From assembly GCA_027923505.1 (NCBI GenBank), contig BROI01000023.1:1-64000 (forward strand): DNA of 64,000 nt, in the 5' to 3' direction. The notes under the pieces were generated by a model, which was not told the origin of the DNA, did no database searches, and saw only the letters and a program-made list of their open reading frames with translations. Source of the DNA: Mayamaea pseudoterrestris (Eukaryota). The translations under genes were made by a program, and so were the position numbers. This document shows positions 43,452-55,129 of this stretch, piece by piece; positions within the stretch are counted from its first letter, which is position 1; every line of letters starts with the position of its first letter.

Positions 43452-46343
43452 TTAAAAAGCTATACCTCCAGGCCAGGGATTCGATGAGTTCATGTTCGAA
43501 GCGAGCGCATTCTGTGAAATTGCCTTTTTCAGCGTTAGCATAATGTTGTCTTGCTCGCGCACACGCCGCTGCCTCGTTAAACTCTCAATCCGCCGGCTAA
43601 ACTCCTTCATGAGAACTGCATGAGCCTCGCGGGTAATCAGCTGGCGCTCCTCGGCAAAATCCAGCAACTTGCTCATTTCCGCTTCAATGCCTCCGTCATC
43701 CATGGAACGATGGAGCATGACGGCATGTTCAGGCTTGCGCCTCACCTTGATGGTGCAAGGTCGCTGCTTCCATGGCTCGCCGTCAATCTGCACGGCAACC
43801 TTATTCTTGACTGTAATGACAGCTTCGCGACATTGACAAAGGCGCTGCGCATTGCCAAGCCCGACGCGAATCTGACCTAGATGAAAGGCTCCACGAATCG
43901 AAACGATCTCTAAAATGCCGTCTTGACAGCTGCTTGATCTGTCGCATGCCGTGACATACTCGTATCGCTCTTCGTCCGACATGGTAAGCATTGACAAATC
44001 ATCTGCGCTGTCTGTTCTGTCCAGCGGTCCACCCCGTTGTCGCTTGAACGCAAGTGAGTTGAGACTCTTTGACCGCCGTGGCGGAGGTTGTCGCCATTCG
44101 TTATAACTAGCATCTTTCACTCCGTGAGACCACATGGGAACACCGCCAGCGTACGAGTCTATATTCAGAATGATAATGCCTTGCGAATCAGGCGGCAACG
44201 GAATGGACACACCGTCTGCCACCAGCTTGATTTCCTTGCGCACATTGACAGAGGAAGCCATGATGATATCTTCCGCTCCAAAAATACCATACCAGACCTT
44301 GTTAACGATCCGGGAGAAGAACCAGTCTGGCCGACTCTCTCGCAAGTAATGCACCTGCAAAGCTGCTTGCGCGTCAGCTCCAACGCCCAGATAGTTCATA
44401 AAGCTCTTGCTATCTTTCTTTTTGGATTGTTTGTTGTTTATCGTGACATCCCATCGATCGAGAAGCGAAATGTAGCTTTCCGATATCTGTTCGAGTATCG
44501 TCAGCAGACTCTCATTGTTGTAGCCACCACCCCATCCATGCATGCGCGCCAAGTCATTCCCAGTACCCAGCGGCAATATGGCAATTGGGGGCCACTTGCG
44601 CTGTAGCTTCATCTTTTCTAGCGAATTAATCATCCAACTAACTGTTCCGTCACCTCCGCATACCAAGATCCGAAGCCGCGTCAAAGCCACCATGGATTCC
44701 AAGACAATGTCCGGACCACCATTCGCCAAGTCCCAAATTTGAATCGGGTTCAATAGCCGCCGCAACTGAGTAATGATTAGCTGGCCTTGCTGCGCCCCGG
44801 AACGTGAATTAACAAATACCAACAGCGGCGTCGCATTTTTCGAGTCTGACAAAAACCGATCACCAACGATGTATCCATTCTTGTCTGGTACAGGGATATC
44901 GATCGACAGTCTCTTTAATGACATGTCATTTTGAGCAGAATCGAAGTAGAAGCGTCCTGACCATTCCCCTTGAGGTGATGAAAGGGTTGTCGCGGGCTCA
45001 TGTTGTGCTTGCGAGGTTGGTCTCGACGGGGTGGCGTCTTGTTCGATATCTTGCTCGTACTCATCATCCAATGGCGGACTGTCACTGTGCGATTCTTCAA
45101 CAGGTGATTCAAAAGTAGTTGGCAAGTCTCCAATTAACAAGTCGTCCAATTTCCGGTGCGACCGTCTCCAGGCAATCAAGGCATCCTTCTTTGGCTGAGA
45201 CGCCACAGCAGAATCGGAACTCCCTCGCTGGCGTACGAGGCTCGTGACCAAACCCGACCTGCCATCGCTCGTAGACTGCGTCGAATGGCTATTATCCATA
45301 TCATCCGATAGCTCACTGTCTGATCGTGGACGCCGTAACTTTGCTTCTTTTGGAGAGGCTGCTGCCTTGCCTTGTACGTTGGACAAGGATTTTGTTTTAG
45401 TGACTAAAGGAGACGCCTGCGCCAGCCCAGAGCTCCCCGCGACTTCATCGTCAGTCGTCTCAGGCACGATGGTGGGGTGGTATTGGGCGCTTCGAGGCGA
45501 TTTCATGGGCTTTTTACTCTCGCCACTAACAGTTTCGTCTTCTGCCAAGTCATCGTCCTGCTCAACATCAGAGTTGCTATTCTTTCGATGTCGTTGTATG
45601 CCCTGCAGCCAGTTAATCAACGTCCAACCTGCTCCGACAAAATCGAACCAAAATATGGAACGAATCAATTGCCAAATCTGTCGACAGTAGTTGGACAAGC
45701 GCTGCGCCGGATTTTCCTCCTCGCTGCGCGAGTCCTTGTTCTTTTGGCTTTGCTGCTGCTTCTTGACTTCAACCTTTGCCGGCTTCTCCACCAACCGGCA
45801 GCTTGGAGAAAGGACTAGCCGTCGCAGAAAGCTTGTCTCGTCCAAAGACGCAAAGAATTTTTCAAAGCGCTCCTCGTCCGATTCATCGTCATGGCATGAC
45901 AAGCCATGCTCGTCAACCTGCGACCCGCTTCCAGCAGCTGACTGACCAGGGCTAGGCGACGATGCAGAACTTATTTCTCCTAAATGTATAGCGCCCGACA
46001 ACCAATTGCAGCTTTGATTCCAAACCGTCTTGCCTCGAATGCTTGTCTGCCGAGGGGCCAACACGTAGCATCCCCACAAAAACAAGAGGAATGCAATACC
46101 CAAATGCTGCAAGTCCTGATAAAATCTCGACGAGTCTTGCTGGTAGACAATCACCATTGGAAACAGCCATTCCAGTAAAACTAACAAGCGATACTTTAAA
46201 GCCGTCGCGTCGGTGCAAACATCCTTCCAAACGTGACGAGCAGCCGTCGATCCAAATTGCTCCAGCTTTTCGCGAATGACTTCGTCCTGGTGGATCTCAT
46301 CGTCATCAAGAACTGGATCTGCTTGATTCATGTAGGAAAACAT
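43452..46343 (-). CDS. Diacylglycerol kinase with N-terminal hydrophobic segments
   Basis: PLLVFVNSRSG, CGGDGTV, LPLGTGNDLAR, FMNYLGVG, NIDSYAGG, QIDGEPW. Confidence 0.95.
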   Translation of the reverse strand: MFSYMNQADPVLDDDEIHQDEVIREKLEQFGSTAARHVWKDVCTDATALKYRLLVLLEWLFPMVIVYQQDSSRFYQDLQHLGIAFLLFLWGCYVLAPRQTSIRGKTVWNQSCNWLSGAIHLGEISSASSPSPGQSAAGSGSQVDEHGLSCHDDESDEERFEKFFASLDETSFLRRLVLSPSCRLVEKPAKVEVKKQQQSQKNKDSRSEEENPAQRLSNYCRQIWQLIRSIFWFDFVGAGWTLINWLQGIQRHRKNSNSDVEQDDDLAEDETVSGESKKPMKSPRSAQYHPTIVPETTDDEVAGSSGLAQASPLVTKTKSLSNVQGKAAASPKEAKLRRPRSDSELSDDMDNSHSTQSTSDGRSGLVTSLVRQRGSSDSAVASQPKKDALIAWRRSHRKLDDLLIGDLPTTFESPVEESHSDSPPLDDEYEQDIEQDATPSRPTSQAQHEPATTLSSPQGEWSGRFYFDSAQNDMSLKRLSIDIPVPDKNGYIVGDRFLSDSKNATPLLVFVNSRSGAQQGQLIITQLRRLLNPIQIWDLANGGPDIVLESMVALTRLRILVCGGDGTVSWMINSLEKMKLQRKWPPIAILPLGTGNDLARMHGWGGGYNNESLLTILEQISESYISLLDRWDVTINNKQSKKKDSKSFMNYLGVGADAQAALQVHYLRESRPDWFFSRIVNKVWYGIFGAEDIIMASSVNVRKEIKLVADGVSIPLPPDSQGIIILNIDSYAGGVPMWSHGVKDASYNEWRQPPPRRSKSLNSLAFKRQRGGPLDRTDSADDLSMLTMSDEERYEYVTACDRSSSCQDGILEIVSIRGAFHLGQIRVGLGNAQRLCQCREAVITVKNKVAVQIDGEPWKQRPCTIKVRRKPEHAVMLHRSMDDGGIEAEMSKLLDFAEERQLITREAHAVLMKEFSRRIESLTRQRRVREQDNIMLTLKKAISQNALASNMNSSNPWPGGIAF

Positions 46344-46882
46344 GATAGTAAATCTTTCTAATGATCAATTTGTATCTTAATTGTAATTTCTACTCGTGGT
46401 CAAGTTGAAGAGGGGAGAAGAGTTCCGAGCCGAGCTGATGCGAAAGAGTTCGAGTAGAATTCCTGGAGCTCACGACGTGAATTGCGAGTAAATATGGTAC
46501 CAACTAACCAAGCGACGTTCTCCTTATTTCTATGCTATTCAATAATGATTTCCATTGCCGATGTTGTGGTTCATGCGCTCCATCATTGTCGTTGAAACCT
46601 TCCATCGTGCTGCGAAAAGGACGACACCAGCGAATGGCAATCGCAGCTGTAACCACTGCGACTTGCTACACAGATGTCGCAGCGGCTCGCATCGGCATTG
46701 CCGGACCGACATAAGCACGGTTTACTCCACGGTGGCGCATCGCGCACAAGTCACAAGAAGGCACTTTCCATCTGCATTTTGTGCCTCGCAGAACTCTCAT
46801 CTCTGCTTGATTTCAGAAAAAGAGGCACACCATTCGCAAGAGCAGATTATATTTTCCTTCCTCTATTTCATTCATCATTTGA

Positions 46883-47746
46883 ATGAGCGAGCCCCAAACC
46901 ATGGCCGACGGAGCATTCGACGCGACGCAGCCTTTCGATCCTGTGATTCGAATCCGCACCGCTAGGCTTTCTCTCAACCGCATGCTTCAGGAAACTGGTT
47001 TGGTAGACCATATCGTTGATGGTTACTTCAAGGAAACTTTGGCGAATGATGCTGGTATCCGAGTTTTTTCCATCATGGAAGAGCTGCAAGAGCTGTCCCA
47101 GGCCGCCGGCCCGGTAAATGATCGCTCTACTGGTCTCACTCAAGAATTGTCTCGCCTCTCGCACTATTATGTCAGTCATGGCAGCTTTGGCTTGTGCTTC
47201 ATGTATATGATGATTTGGTCATCAGTACTAGATCGGGCCGTTCGCGAGGAAATAATCGCGCGCCTGATGGACCTCATTGTTCAAGCGGCAGATCTACAAG
47301 GTCTTTTGGGTGTCAAACTTTTTGTAAAGTTCTTGTACATGAATCTCACTTTCGAAGAAGTTATTCTAGAAGGAGTTTTTGAACTTTTCCAAACTGAAAC
47401 CTGGACTGCTTACTTTACGGAACGTCTGATTAATGCGACTGGAGGGATTGATTTGCTACTCCGCTTGGCCAATGCTGCGGACGCGGAGCTAGCGGAAACA
47501 CCAAAGGCCGTACGACTCTTGCGCTCGACCATTAAATGGCTACTACTTGTTCTTTTCCGTTATGTGGACTCGACACCTCATCGTCACGAACACTTGCGTG
47601 AACCACTGCGTGCGGCCGCCACTGCCGCCTTTGCAATGGAGGACAACGAACAGAATGGAAACGATGGCGAGAATGGAGAGGATGCAGCGGGTGCCGAAAG
47701 TGATAATGAGGATGCGTTGGACGCGATCAATGAGGCTGAGGATTAG
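46883..47746 (+). CDS. Hypothetical alpha-helical protein with an acidic C-terminus
   Basis: 287-aa ATG-initiated ORF. No family recognised. Confidence 0.6.
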   Translation: MSEPQTMADGAFDATQPFDPVIRIRTARLSLNRMLQETGLVDHIVDGYFKETLANDAGIRVFSIMEELQELSQAAGPVNDRSTGLTQELSRLSHYYVSHGSFGLCFMYMMIWSSVLDRAVREEIIARLMDLIVQAADLQGLLGVKLFVKFLYMNLTFEEVILEGVFELFQTETWTAYFTERLINATGGIDLLLRLANAADAELAETPKAVRLLRSTIKWLLLVLFRYVDSTPHRHEHLREPLRAAATAAFAMEDNEQNGNDGENGEDAAGAESDNEDALDAINEAED

Positions 47747-48129
47747 ACCGCCGGTGAGGATGGAAACGAAAATTATGCTGGACGCCATGGCCGGCCAGGA
47801 CAAATGTTGGAACTCGCGCAAGACGTAAGATTTTGTATTTACGCATGTGTTGGAGAAGTGAATAATAGTTGATACAGTAGATTGCTCGTACAATTACACT
47901 CTACCGTAGGTGAATTTGCATCGTGCTAAAGATTGCACAAGGTAGTGTGGAGCTCATGAGGCTCGCGTACTAATGACGTCCACATCCAACCTTCAATATC
48001 ATATATAAAGGTAACTGTCGAATTCGTTCCTACAAAACTGAGCAATGCCGGGATGGGCCCGTGCTCGTCATGCTTTCATAATGCAGACCGGCGCGCTAAA
48101 AGGTAGTCGATAGTTGCAATCTGTCAACA

Positions 48130-49248
48130 TTATCGATTCAGATAACGCTTCAACAAAGCCGTCGTATCATCCGGTGCCTCAGCGTGAATCCAATGACCAG
48201 CTCCGCGAATCGTCGTCAGCAAATGGTTCGGAAAGTATTCGCCAATCCGTCCAAGGTAGCTGCTCTTGACGAACCTTGACTGTCCTCCGTGAATGAAGAA
48301 GACGTCGCCATGGTATTGGTGGCTGGTTGGAACGTCAAAGGCTGCTAGCTGTTCCAATTGATCAGCAATCGTTTCAATTGGAATCTTCCACTGGCACTCA
48401 CCTCCCTTGCGCTGCTCCAAGTTTGTCAAGACAAAGGCGCGCAACGCTGGATCTGGAACGGCGTTTCGAAGCTGCAGGTCGACCTGGGCCTTTGTCACGC
48501 CCGGTCCAACCTGCACCTGGCACATGGTTTGTATAATGTCTTGAACAGCCTTCCAATGCGCATCCTCGCTCGAGTAGGAGACGGGTGCAATGTCCAAAAC
48601 GACCAATCCATCCACTCGCTTTGGTTCCAAAAGGGCGCAAGCCTGTCCAACTTTGCCTCCCATGCTGTGTCCGATTAATACGGCGCGAGGAATGGATTGC
48701 TGATTCATAAACTCTAGTACATCTCCAGCCATGTCTTGGTAATTCATGCTGCTGCATGGCTGTTTGCTAGTTTCTCCGTGATTGCGAAGGTCGACGCCAA
48801 GTATGCGACGATGCTGTCGCGACGGTTGTTGCTGCTTGGCAAGGGACGTGCCAATGGAAGCAAAGTTTCGCTTTGAACCAAGAAGGCCGTGTAGAAATAT
48901 AACTGGAGGTACTTCATCTTGCTCTTGGCTGGAGGATGGTGTACTTGCAGCAGCAGCATTGAAATCAGTGTGAGAGAGTGTGACTGTGACTGTAGGTGCC
49001 GATGTCGTAGTGGAAAACAGGCGGGTAATTTCTGCGGAAAGATTCCTGGAGTCTTTCAACGTGGATGACAGTACAAATGCATAAGCTCTTCTTGCAGCAA
49101 GAAGAACTGTTATTGTCAAATGCAGAGCTGCATAGCTGGTCAATCTGAATGTAGCAGTCTGTTTAGCAAGGTTGATGGAACATGAGGACTCGCGCACTCG
49201 ACGTTTCGTTCGTGCTGTTGTCACAAATAGTGTCTCCAGCACCATCAT
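48130..49248 (-). CDS. Alpha/beta hydrolase, ABHD11/YbfF-like
   Basis: FLHGLLGS, DLRNHG, GHSMGGK nucleophile elbow, LDIAP, AGHWIHAE. Start codon uncertain. Confidence 0.93.
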   Translation of the reverse strand: MMVLETLFVTTARTKRRVRESSCSINLAKQTATFRLTSYAALHLTITVLLAARRAYAFVLSSTLKDSRNLSAEITRLFSTTTSAPTVTVTLSHTDFNAAAASTPSSSQEQDEVPPVIFLHGLLGSKRNFASIGTSLAKQQQPSRQHRRILGVDLRNHGETSKQPCSSMNYQDMAGDVLEFMNQQSIPRAVLIGHSMGGKVGQACALLEPKRVDGLVVLDIAPVSYSSEDAHWKAVQDIIQTMCQVQVGPGVTKAQVDLQLRNAVPDPALRAFVLTNLEQRKGGECQWKIPIETIADQLEQLAAFDVPTSHQYHGDVFFIHGGQSRFVKSSYLGRIGEYFPNHLLTTIRGAGHWIHAEAPDDTTALLKRYLNR

Positions 49249-49581
49249 ATTTCGTCTTTGCAGTCGATACTTCAGTATCTTGGCGACTTTGCATACTGAG
49301 GACGAGAGAGAAGTAACATCATGGTGGTGATGGCGACTTTTTCCGACGCGTACGTCGCCGTTTTGTTCTGTGAAAATGGAGTGGTGGCATTGGTTGTTTT
49401 GGTCAACGGTGCGACGTAGGCTATGTGTCGTTCAATTTCGACCGGCGCGAGTGTTTGCCGCCTCCCTTCGACCACTCGCACTCTCAAACCGTTCTAGTAT
49501 GAAGAGGTTCTAGCATTGTGTACCTTAAAGACACATGAATAAAGTATCTACTAATACCTGTACAACCTCGATGGTGAGTCC

Positions 49582-52500
49582 TTATAGTTGACGCGTAGGA
49601 GGTTTTCGGACGGCAGCGTTGCGGGCCGGAACTCGTTTCTGGCCACGGCGGCGCCGAGGAAGCGACTCGGACCCACTCGATGATAGTACAGATCCAACCG
49701 AAACAGAATAATCTTCCGACTCGTAGGATGTTACACTTCCACCCGTCTCCCAACTTTCCAGCGACTCAAAATCTTCGTAAAGATCCGCCCCTCCTTCGCG
49801 CGGCTGTCCATTGTGCTGAAGCTGCGACCTTGCCCCAAACCGCTTGCGAAGCTTGCCTTGACTTGTTGCGGTCCCCGTGGCCGGTTTTTGAATGGTACGC
49901 CCCTGTCCCATAGAGCTCGTCACTGCATCCCAGTCATGTTCGGAAATGTAACGGTCGAGCTCCGTCTGTGCCCATTCACCCTTGGCTTGTGGCGCCATCT
50001 TGGCTTTTGAGCGCGATCCACCCGGAAGAGCGGCAGCCGATCCCAACTTTTCGACACTCGTAGTAGCTTCATCAAGAACAGCACACCGTTGACTGCCATT
50101 GTGGTTGCTGTAATCCAACATATAATCAGCTTCGCTCAAGGCAGAAATTGAATCACCTGGATGGGAATGAACATCTTCGGTGTCGCCGTCCTCAGCATCA
50201 CCAAGATAGTTGATGGGCGTGACTGTCCCTTCCGAAAAGGTTTTAGTTGCAGCCGGGCTTGGACTTCTAGTAGTGCCCATTAGCCGCGCATGCAAAAACG
50301 GCTTGCGTGCTGTGACCAACCGATTCTTCACATCAAATGTTTGAGCCTTGCAGCCGCTAGAGTTGAACTCTTCCACAACAAGCTCACGAGAACGAGCAAC
50401 TGGGACTTTGCAGTGGATCTTGTCGACTGAAATAACCGGATTAGCCGACATTTCGTGGTCTAAGTGCTCAGAGTCGCGGTTCCTTTGCAGAAGCACTTGC
50501 TGCCTGGCGGATGAGAGACTGCTAGTCTCAGATCCGCTGCGTTTCTTCTTGTCGGGATTAAAAGTATTTTTGACATGGACAGTTGACTCAGTAATATTGC
50601 TTTGGTGGCTGATCTGCGTCACATGAGTCTGCACTCTGGTCATGGCAATTGGCGATGTTGGCACAACTGGCTTCGAGCCGACTGAAACTGTAGACGTAGG
50701 ATACTTCGGCGCGAGCGGTGGCTTTACTTGGAGGACCGTCGGTTCTGGGCTTGAAACTTTTTCAAGAGGCTCGTCAAATGGTTTCGACTCGGAAATATTC
50801 AACAGATGCGATAAAAGCTGGTCTTCTTGGCCGTCGAATTGCGACAGTAAACGAGTGACACTTGGGCCTTCTGCAGGAGCCAATGTCTTCAGAATGGCGA
50901 CAATGTCTTCCTTGACTGCCCATAGTCGGCGTTCGTACTCACTTCCTGGTGTGTCCGATCGTTCAACCGTGACTTCGGGCGATTCTAGTACCTTGGCCAC
51001 ATCCTTTGGTGTAGAAACTCTCGCCTCGTCGGATGGTCTTTCAGTCATCTCGTCGACTGCGTAGTCGGACTTCGCACACTGGGTGATTTCAATTATCGCA
51101 GCTTGATTCTTGTCGGCTTTAGCTTCCAGCAGTTTTTCGGACATCTTCTCGGATCTGGCTGTCTGTACTTTGGTGTTCGGCTGCACAATCTCGTCTTCCG
51201 GCGGTTCAGCCCAAGTTGTTGCGCGTGTCTCACGATTGTACCAGTAAGTTCGTCCAGAACTTGCACAGATTGCAGTCTTCCAAACTCGCTTTTTCGTTGA
51301 CAAAAAATCGTCCCGTTCTGTTACCGAAGAATGAGTCACTGGTAACATACTCTGCTTTGCGATTGTCATAGCGTGCATGTCGTCGACGTCCTTGAGCACA
51401 CTTTGGGAGACGTTCTGATTCTGACAGCTCAGTGTCCAGGGCCTGCTGGGCAGCTTGACGAATGCTTTCTTCGGCACAATGAATCTTGTTCGAGCTTTCA
51501 TGGTTGCCACAAGAGAATGGCTCGTGTACGCTTTAGTCGTCGTCTCAGTTGATGAAACAAACTGCATGTCCTGTCCGTCAGTGCTCATCATGCAAGTTCT
51601 GTTTTCCTCGTTACTAGACCGGCTTGCAATCTCCCCCTGCTCTTCCTCTATGTCGTCGTCGCTGTATGAATCTTCCTCCTCGACAATGCCTTGCAACGAC
51701 GACCTCTCGTGGCTTGTGCACTCCTCGCCAAGCAAATCGTCCGACGACAGGAACTTGTCAGGATTCTGCAGCCCAGGGACTCTGACGAATGCGTCCGTTT
51801 CGATTGCTGGTTCCTCCTTGACGGGCGTTAACCGGTGGCTAAGCAGGTTACCGAGCAAGTGTTTGTAACGCGATTCCTTGTTAGACTTGCTCAAGAGTCT
51901 TTCCTCAGCAACCGAAGGAAACATGGTTGAATCCGCATCGTCGTCTTCCTTCTTTTCCTCCTCTGTTTCACTGCAACCTAATAGCTTGAGCTCCTTGTTC
52001 GCCGCTTGTGAAAACGGCACCGGAAAATCGTCATCGTCCGAGTCGTCGTTCACATCCATGGCGCTTTCCATTTGAGTTGGCTCCGGAATTAATTCCAGGC
52101 TAATGCTTCCTTCCTCATCGCCATGTGACGAGCACGATTCAGTGGGAACCACGTTGAGATTCGCTGCGGATGCCTTTCTCCTGGACGAGCGTCGGCGACG
52201 AAACGGCCAAAACAGCTTTAGCTTTGGCGATGGTGTTGTTTCCTCCAAAATCATTTCAAAAGTTTCCACCATGGGTGGTCCTTGAGCAGCTGGTGCTGAT
52301 AGTAACGGTGATGTCTTAGAAGAGTGACTCGATTCTGTTGGTGGCTCCGCAATGTCATTTGTGCCACCATTGCATGGAATGAGCCATTTATCCGCAGCAT
52401 CATCTCCGCTTGTAAAGGATGGAGCATTCATTTTGTCTTCTGCCGACGCAGCTTCCACTTCATCGTCCTGCGAAAAGGTTTCGCTTACATCGTCTGGCAT

Positions 52501-53463
52501 ATGCTTTGTCTCCGTACTTGTGATTGTTGTTACTTCGTTGGACGCAGACTTGTCCATCTCCTCGGGCAGCTGATTCGCTAGCTGCGCTGGGGAAATTGTC
52601 TGCTTGACGGGTTGCATTTCCGAAATGTCACTTACGGCTGCGGAAGTAATGGCATTGCCGAAGCTACACGGCAAGGCATTGGATGCACCTTGCTTGCAAA
52701 TGGTCCAGTGCTTTTCAAAGAGTGATTCGCCAATGCCATCTTCTTTTTCGTCTGGGTTTGTCAATGCGGTCTCCTTGCAAACTGCTCCAGAAACGTCATC
52801 AATGTTGGTCGTCTCCTTGTCTTGATCAGAATACAAGAGCGCCTTGTCCACCATGGACAGCAAGTTTTGCACCATGGCCGTGGACGTTTCACCAAGACTC
52901 GTGTACAGTTCATAGTCTCTCAAAGTTCCTTTGTCATCGTCATCGTCGTCACCACCATGGCCCAAGGCGTAGCAGCTCATGAGGTTGTTTCGCGTCGAGC
53001 AAAGGTAGGCGGTATTGCTTGGCTGAAAGCACAATCCGGGTGGATCGACTGATACGGAGGGAGTAATGGTGTCGACGCTGGGACTAGGCAATGATGGGGT
53101 GAAGAGCGAATCATCATCGCCGTTATATTCTTGCTGATTGTGATCAGCTGCCGTCTTTATGCTGCTCGCCGGCATGTTGCAATGCTGATGCTGCTGCTTC
53201 TGCGGAGACGGCGTCAATGGTGGCGTCGGAGGAGTGTAGCAAGTTCCTTTGCTTGTGTTTGCCTTGACTGGTGTCGCGTATTGCGCCATGCAGTTGTAAC
53301 GCTGGTTTGCTGGCTCATAATCGTCGGCATGGTAGCTGTCGGACCGGTTGGTTCGCGCGGCTCCTGCTTCTGCTCCCATTGGCTCCAAGAGAGAGACGGT
53401 ATCGTCAAATTCCTTGGCGCCGTTGCTGCTACTGTGGCCGTTGGTAAAGATCAAGGTTCTCAT
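49582..53463 (-). CDS. Large low-complexity protein with a WW domain
   Basis: WKTAICASSGRTYWYNRETRATTWAEP. The ORF is open for about 1,300 codons; first ATG at 53463. Confidence 0.8.
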   Translation of the reverse strand: MRTLIFTNGHSSSNGAKEFDDTVSLLEPMGAEAGAARTNRSDSYHADDYEPANQRYNCMAQYATPVKANTSKGTCYTPPTPPLTPSPQKQQHQHCNMPASSIKTAADHNQQEYNGDDDSLFTPSLPSPSVDTITPSVSVDPPGLCFQPSNTAYLCSTRNNLMSCYALGHGGDDDDDDKGTLRDYELYTSLGETSTAMVQNLLSMVDKALLYSDQDKETTNIDDVSGAVCKETALTNPDEKEDGIGESLFEKHWTICKQGASNALPCSFGNAITSAAVSDISEMQPVKQTISPAQLANQLPEEMDKSASNEVTTITSTETKHMPDDVSETFSQDDEVEAASAEDKMNAPSFTSGDDAADKWLIPCNGGTNDIAEPPTESSHSSKTSPLLSAPAAQGPPMVETFEMILEETTPSPKLKLFWPFRRRRSSRRKASAANLNVVPTESCSSHGDEEGSISLELIPEPTQMESAMDVNDDSDDDDFPVPFSQAANKELKLLGCSETEEEKKEDDDADSTMFPSVAEERLLSKSNKESRYKHLLGNLLSHRLTPVKEEPAIETDAFVRVPGLQNPDKFLSSDDLLGEECTSHERSSLQGIVEEEDSYSDDDIEEEQGEIASRSSNEENRTCMMSTDGQDMQFVSSTETTTKAYTSHSLVATMKARTRFIVPKKAFVKLPSRPWTLSCQNQNVSQSVLKDVDDMHAMTIAKQSMLPVTHSSVTERDDFLSTKKRVWKTAICASSGRTYWYNRETRATTWAEPPEDEIVQPNTKVQTARSEKMSEKLLEAKADKNQAAIIEITQCAKSDYAVDEMTERPSDEARVSTPKDVAKVLESPEVTVERSDTPGSEYERRLWAVKEDIVAILKTLAPAEGPSVTRLLSQFDGQEDQLLSHLLNISESKPFDEPLEKVSSPEPTVLQVKPPLAPKYPTSTVSVGSKPVVPTSPIAMTRVQTHVTQISHQSNITESTVHVKNTFNPDKKKRSGSETSSLSSARQQVLLQRNRDSEHLDHEMSANPVISVDKIHCKVPVARSRELVVEEFNSSGCKAQTFDVKNRLVTARKPFLHARLMGTTRSPSPAATKTFSEGTVTPINYLGDAEDGDTEDVHSHPGDSISALSEADYMLDYSNHNGSQRCAVLDEATTSVEKLGSAAALPGGSRSKAKMAPQAKGEWAQTELDRYISEHDWDAVTSSMGQGRTIQKPATGTATSQGKLRKRFGARSQLQHNGQPREGGADLYEDFESLESWETGGSVTSYESEDYSVSVGSVLSSSGSESLPRRRRGQKRVPARNAAVRKPPTRQL

Positions 53464-54718
53464 ATCAGAAGTTTCTGGGACTGCTTTTGTTTCTATCAAG
53501 CGAGTGTCAAGAATGAATGATGCAATGTGTTGCGTAACTCTGTCGAGCAAGCAAGCAAATCAAGAAGAAGTCTGGCTCACAAAGAGGCAGTCAAGAACGA
53601 TGCTTGCTTAATTCGAAACAAGACTGGGTGATTGTACCGTCTCTTTCGAGCAAAGTCTCTGCCGGTCGTAACAAAGACAGAGGTCCGTCTTCTCTTTGTC
53701 AAGGATATTGGTGTCGGAAGTGCATTGCATCCAAGTCCGACCCGGCCGGCTCGTTTAGAAATTTGGAAGCAACGCCGACTCGCAATCTTCGGTGATGGCG
53801 CGACAAATTCAGCTACTATACTATAACAACAGCAAGGAGTATATTTGTAGAGGGCCGCTGATATTCTACTACAAACTTACAGTGTAATGATGATGAAAAA
53901 GGTGTAGCAAAGCAGGTTCGAGAAAAACTGCGGTTGGCGGTTTTAAATGACGGCAGACAATCAAGTTTACAGTTAATGCGTGAAAATAATCGCAACATTT
54001 CTAATTCAAAACTGTATTCGTGCATTCAAGGCACACAATGCACGCATGCGCTTCAGCCATCTGCTGTACAACGAAGTAGATAGCTTCAGCGGCGTTACGT
54101 TCGTACTGTGGTCGACTTGAACGACATGTTCAAGAGCGCAGGATTGCCAAGCTCGCCGACAATTATCATTCAAAGACAAGTTGCACGACGTCAAAGCATT
54201 GACAGCCTTCAAGCGGTCCAAAGCGTTGCTTTGATTTTAGAGTGCATAACTGCCGCGTGTAGTGTGGGCGCCAATGAAGCGTCATCCTGCACGTTTCAGT
54301 TAAACATGTGCATGGCGAAAGTTTTGAAACGTGTCGTTGCTGCTGCTGTTGCTGTAGTAATTGACTGGCTGAAACGCTGCTATCGACGCCTCCCGATAGT
54401 GCAATGACTGTCGTCTTTGAATCTCAGGTGGCATTTGTTGCGCGCGTATATATGTAGCAAGTGTTCGGTGGAAACTTGAGCAGCATGCTGATTAGCTGAT
54501 GGCTCGTCAAGACGATGGCGACGATGTCTTTTCGCATGCAATTACACAGAATCAGCTCCGGCTACCGTCCTTCTCAATGCAATCATGATGACAGGCAACA
54601 GCGTTACCTACTTCCTTTGATTGAGACAATCATCTGTCGAGCAACCAGAACGACGAGATCGTACGAAACGAGAGTGCCAGTGATCTACCGTAAAAATTAT
54701 GCCGTGAAAACTGTTGTT

Positions 54719-55044
54719 CGAAACGAGTGCCAGTGAAAACTGCGTCATAAGGCATTAGCACGAAACGAGTGCCATTGTCAATTACGTCATATGGCAATAG
54801 TATGAAACGGGTGCCAGTGTCAATTACGTCACAAGGCTATATTACGAAACGAGTGCCAGTGTCAATTACGTCACAAGGCATCGAAACGAGTGCCAGTGAA
54901 AACTGCGTCATAAGGCATTAGCACGAAACGAGTGCCATTGTCAATTACGTCATATGGCAATAGTATGAAACGGGTGCCAGTGTCAATTACGTCACAAGGC
55001 TATATTACGAAACGAGTGCCAGTGTCAATTACGTCACAAGGCAT
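54719..55044. repeat. Minisatellite: 8 units of 37-42 bp arranged as a 163-bp block x2
   Basis: YGAAACGRGTGCCA starts at 54719, 54761, 54803, 54845, 54882, 54924, 54966 and 55008. A decayed unit lies at ~54664. Confidence 0.95.
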
Positions 55045-55129
55045 TTCGCCTCGGAAAGCGGACGAAAGACGGTCGGCCCTCGGCCTCCATTCATTTTCAC
55101 GGAACTAACCGACAACGACAACTTTCGCC

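Noticed and set aside
53604..54736. Several 60-99-aa ORFs in the WW-RRP3 intergenic region
   Set aside because: They are short, overlapping, lack motifs and mostly use non-ATG starts.
54719..55044. CRISPR-like 37-42-bp periodicity with GAAAC
   Set aside because: The variable parts are only a few nt and are themselves duplicated in the 163-bp block, so this is a minisatellite.
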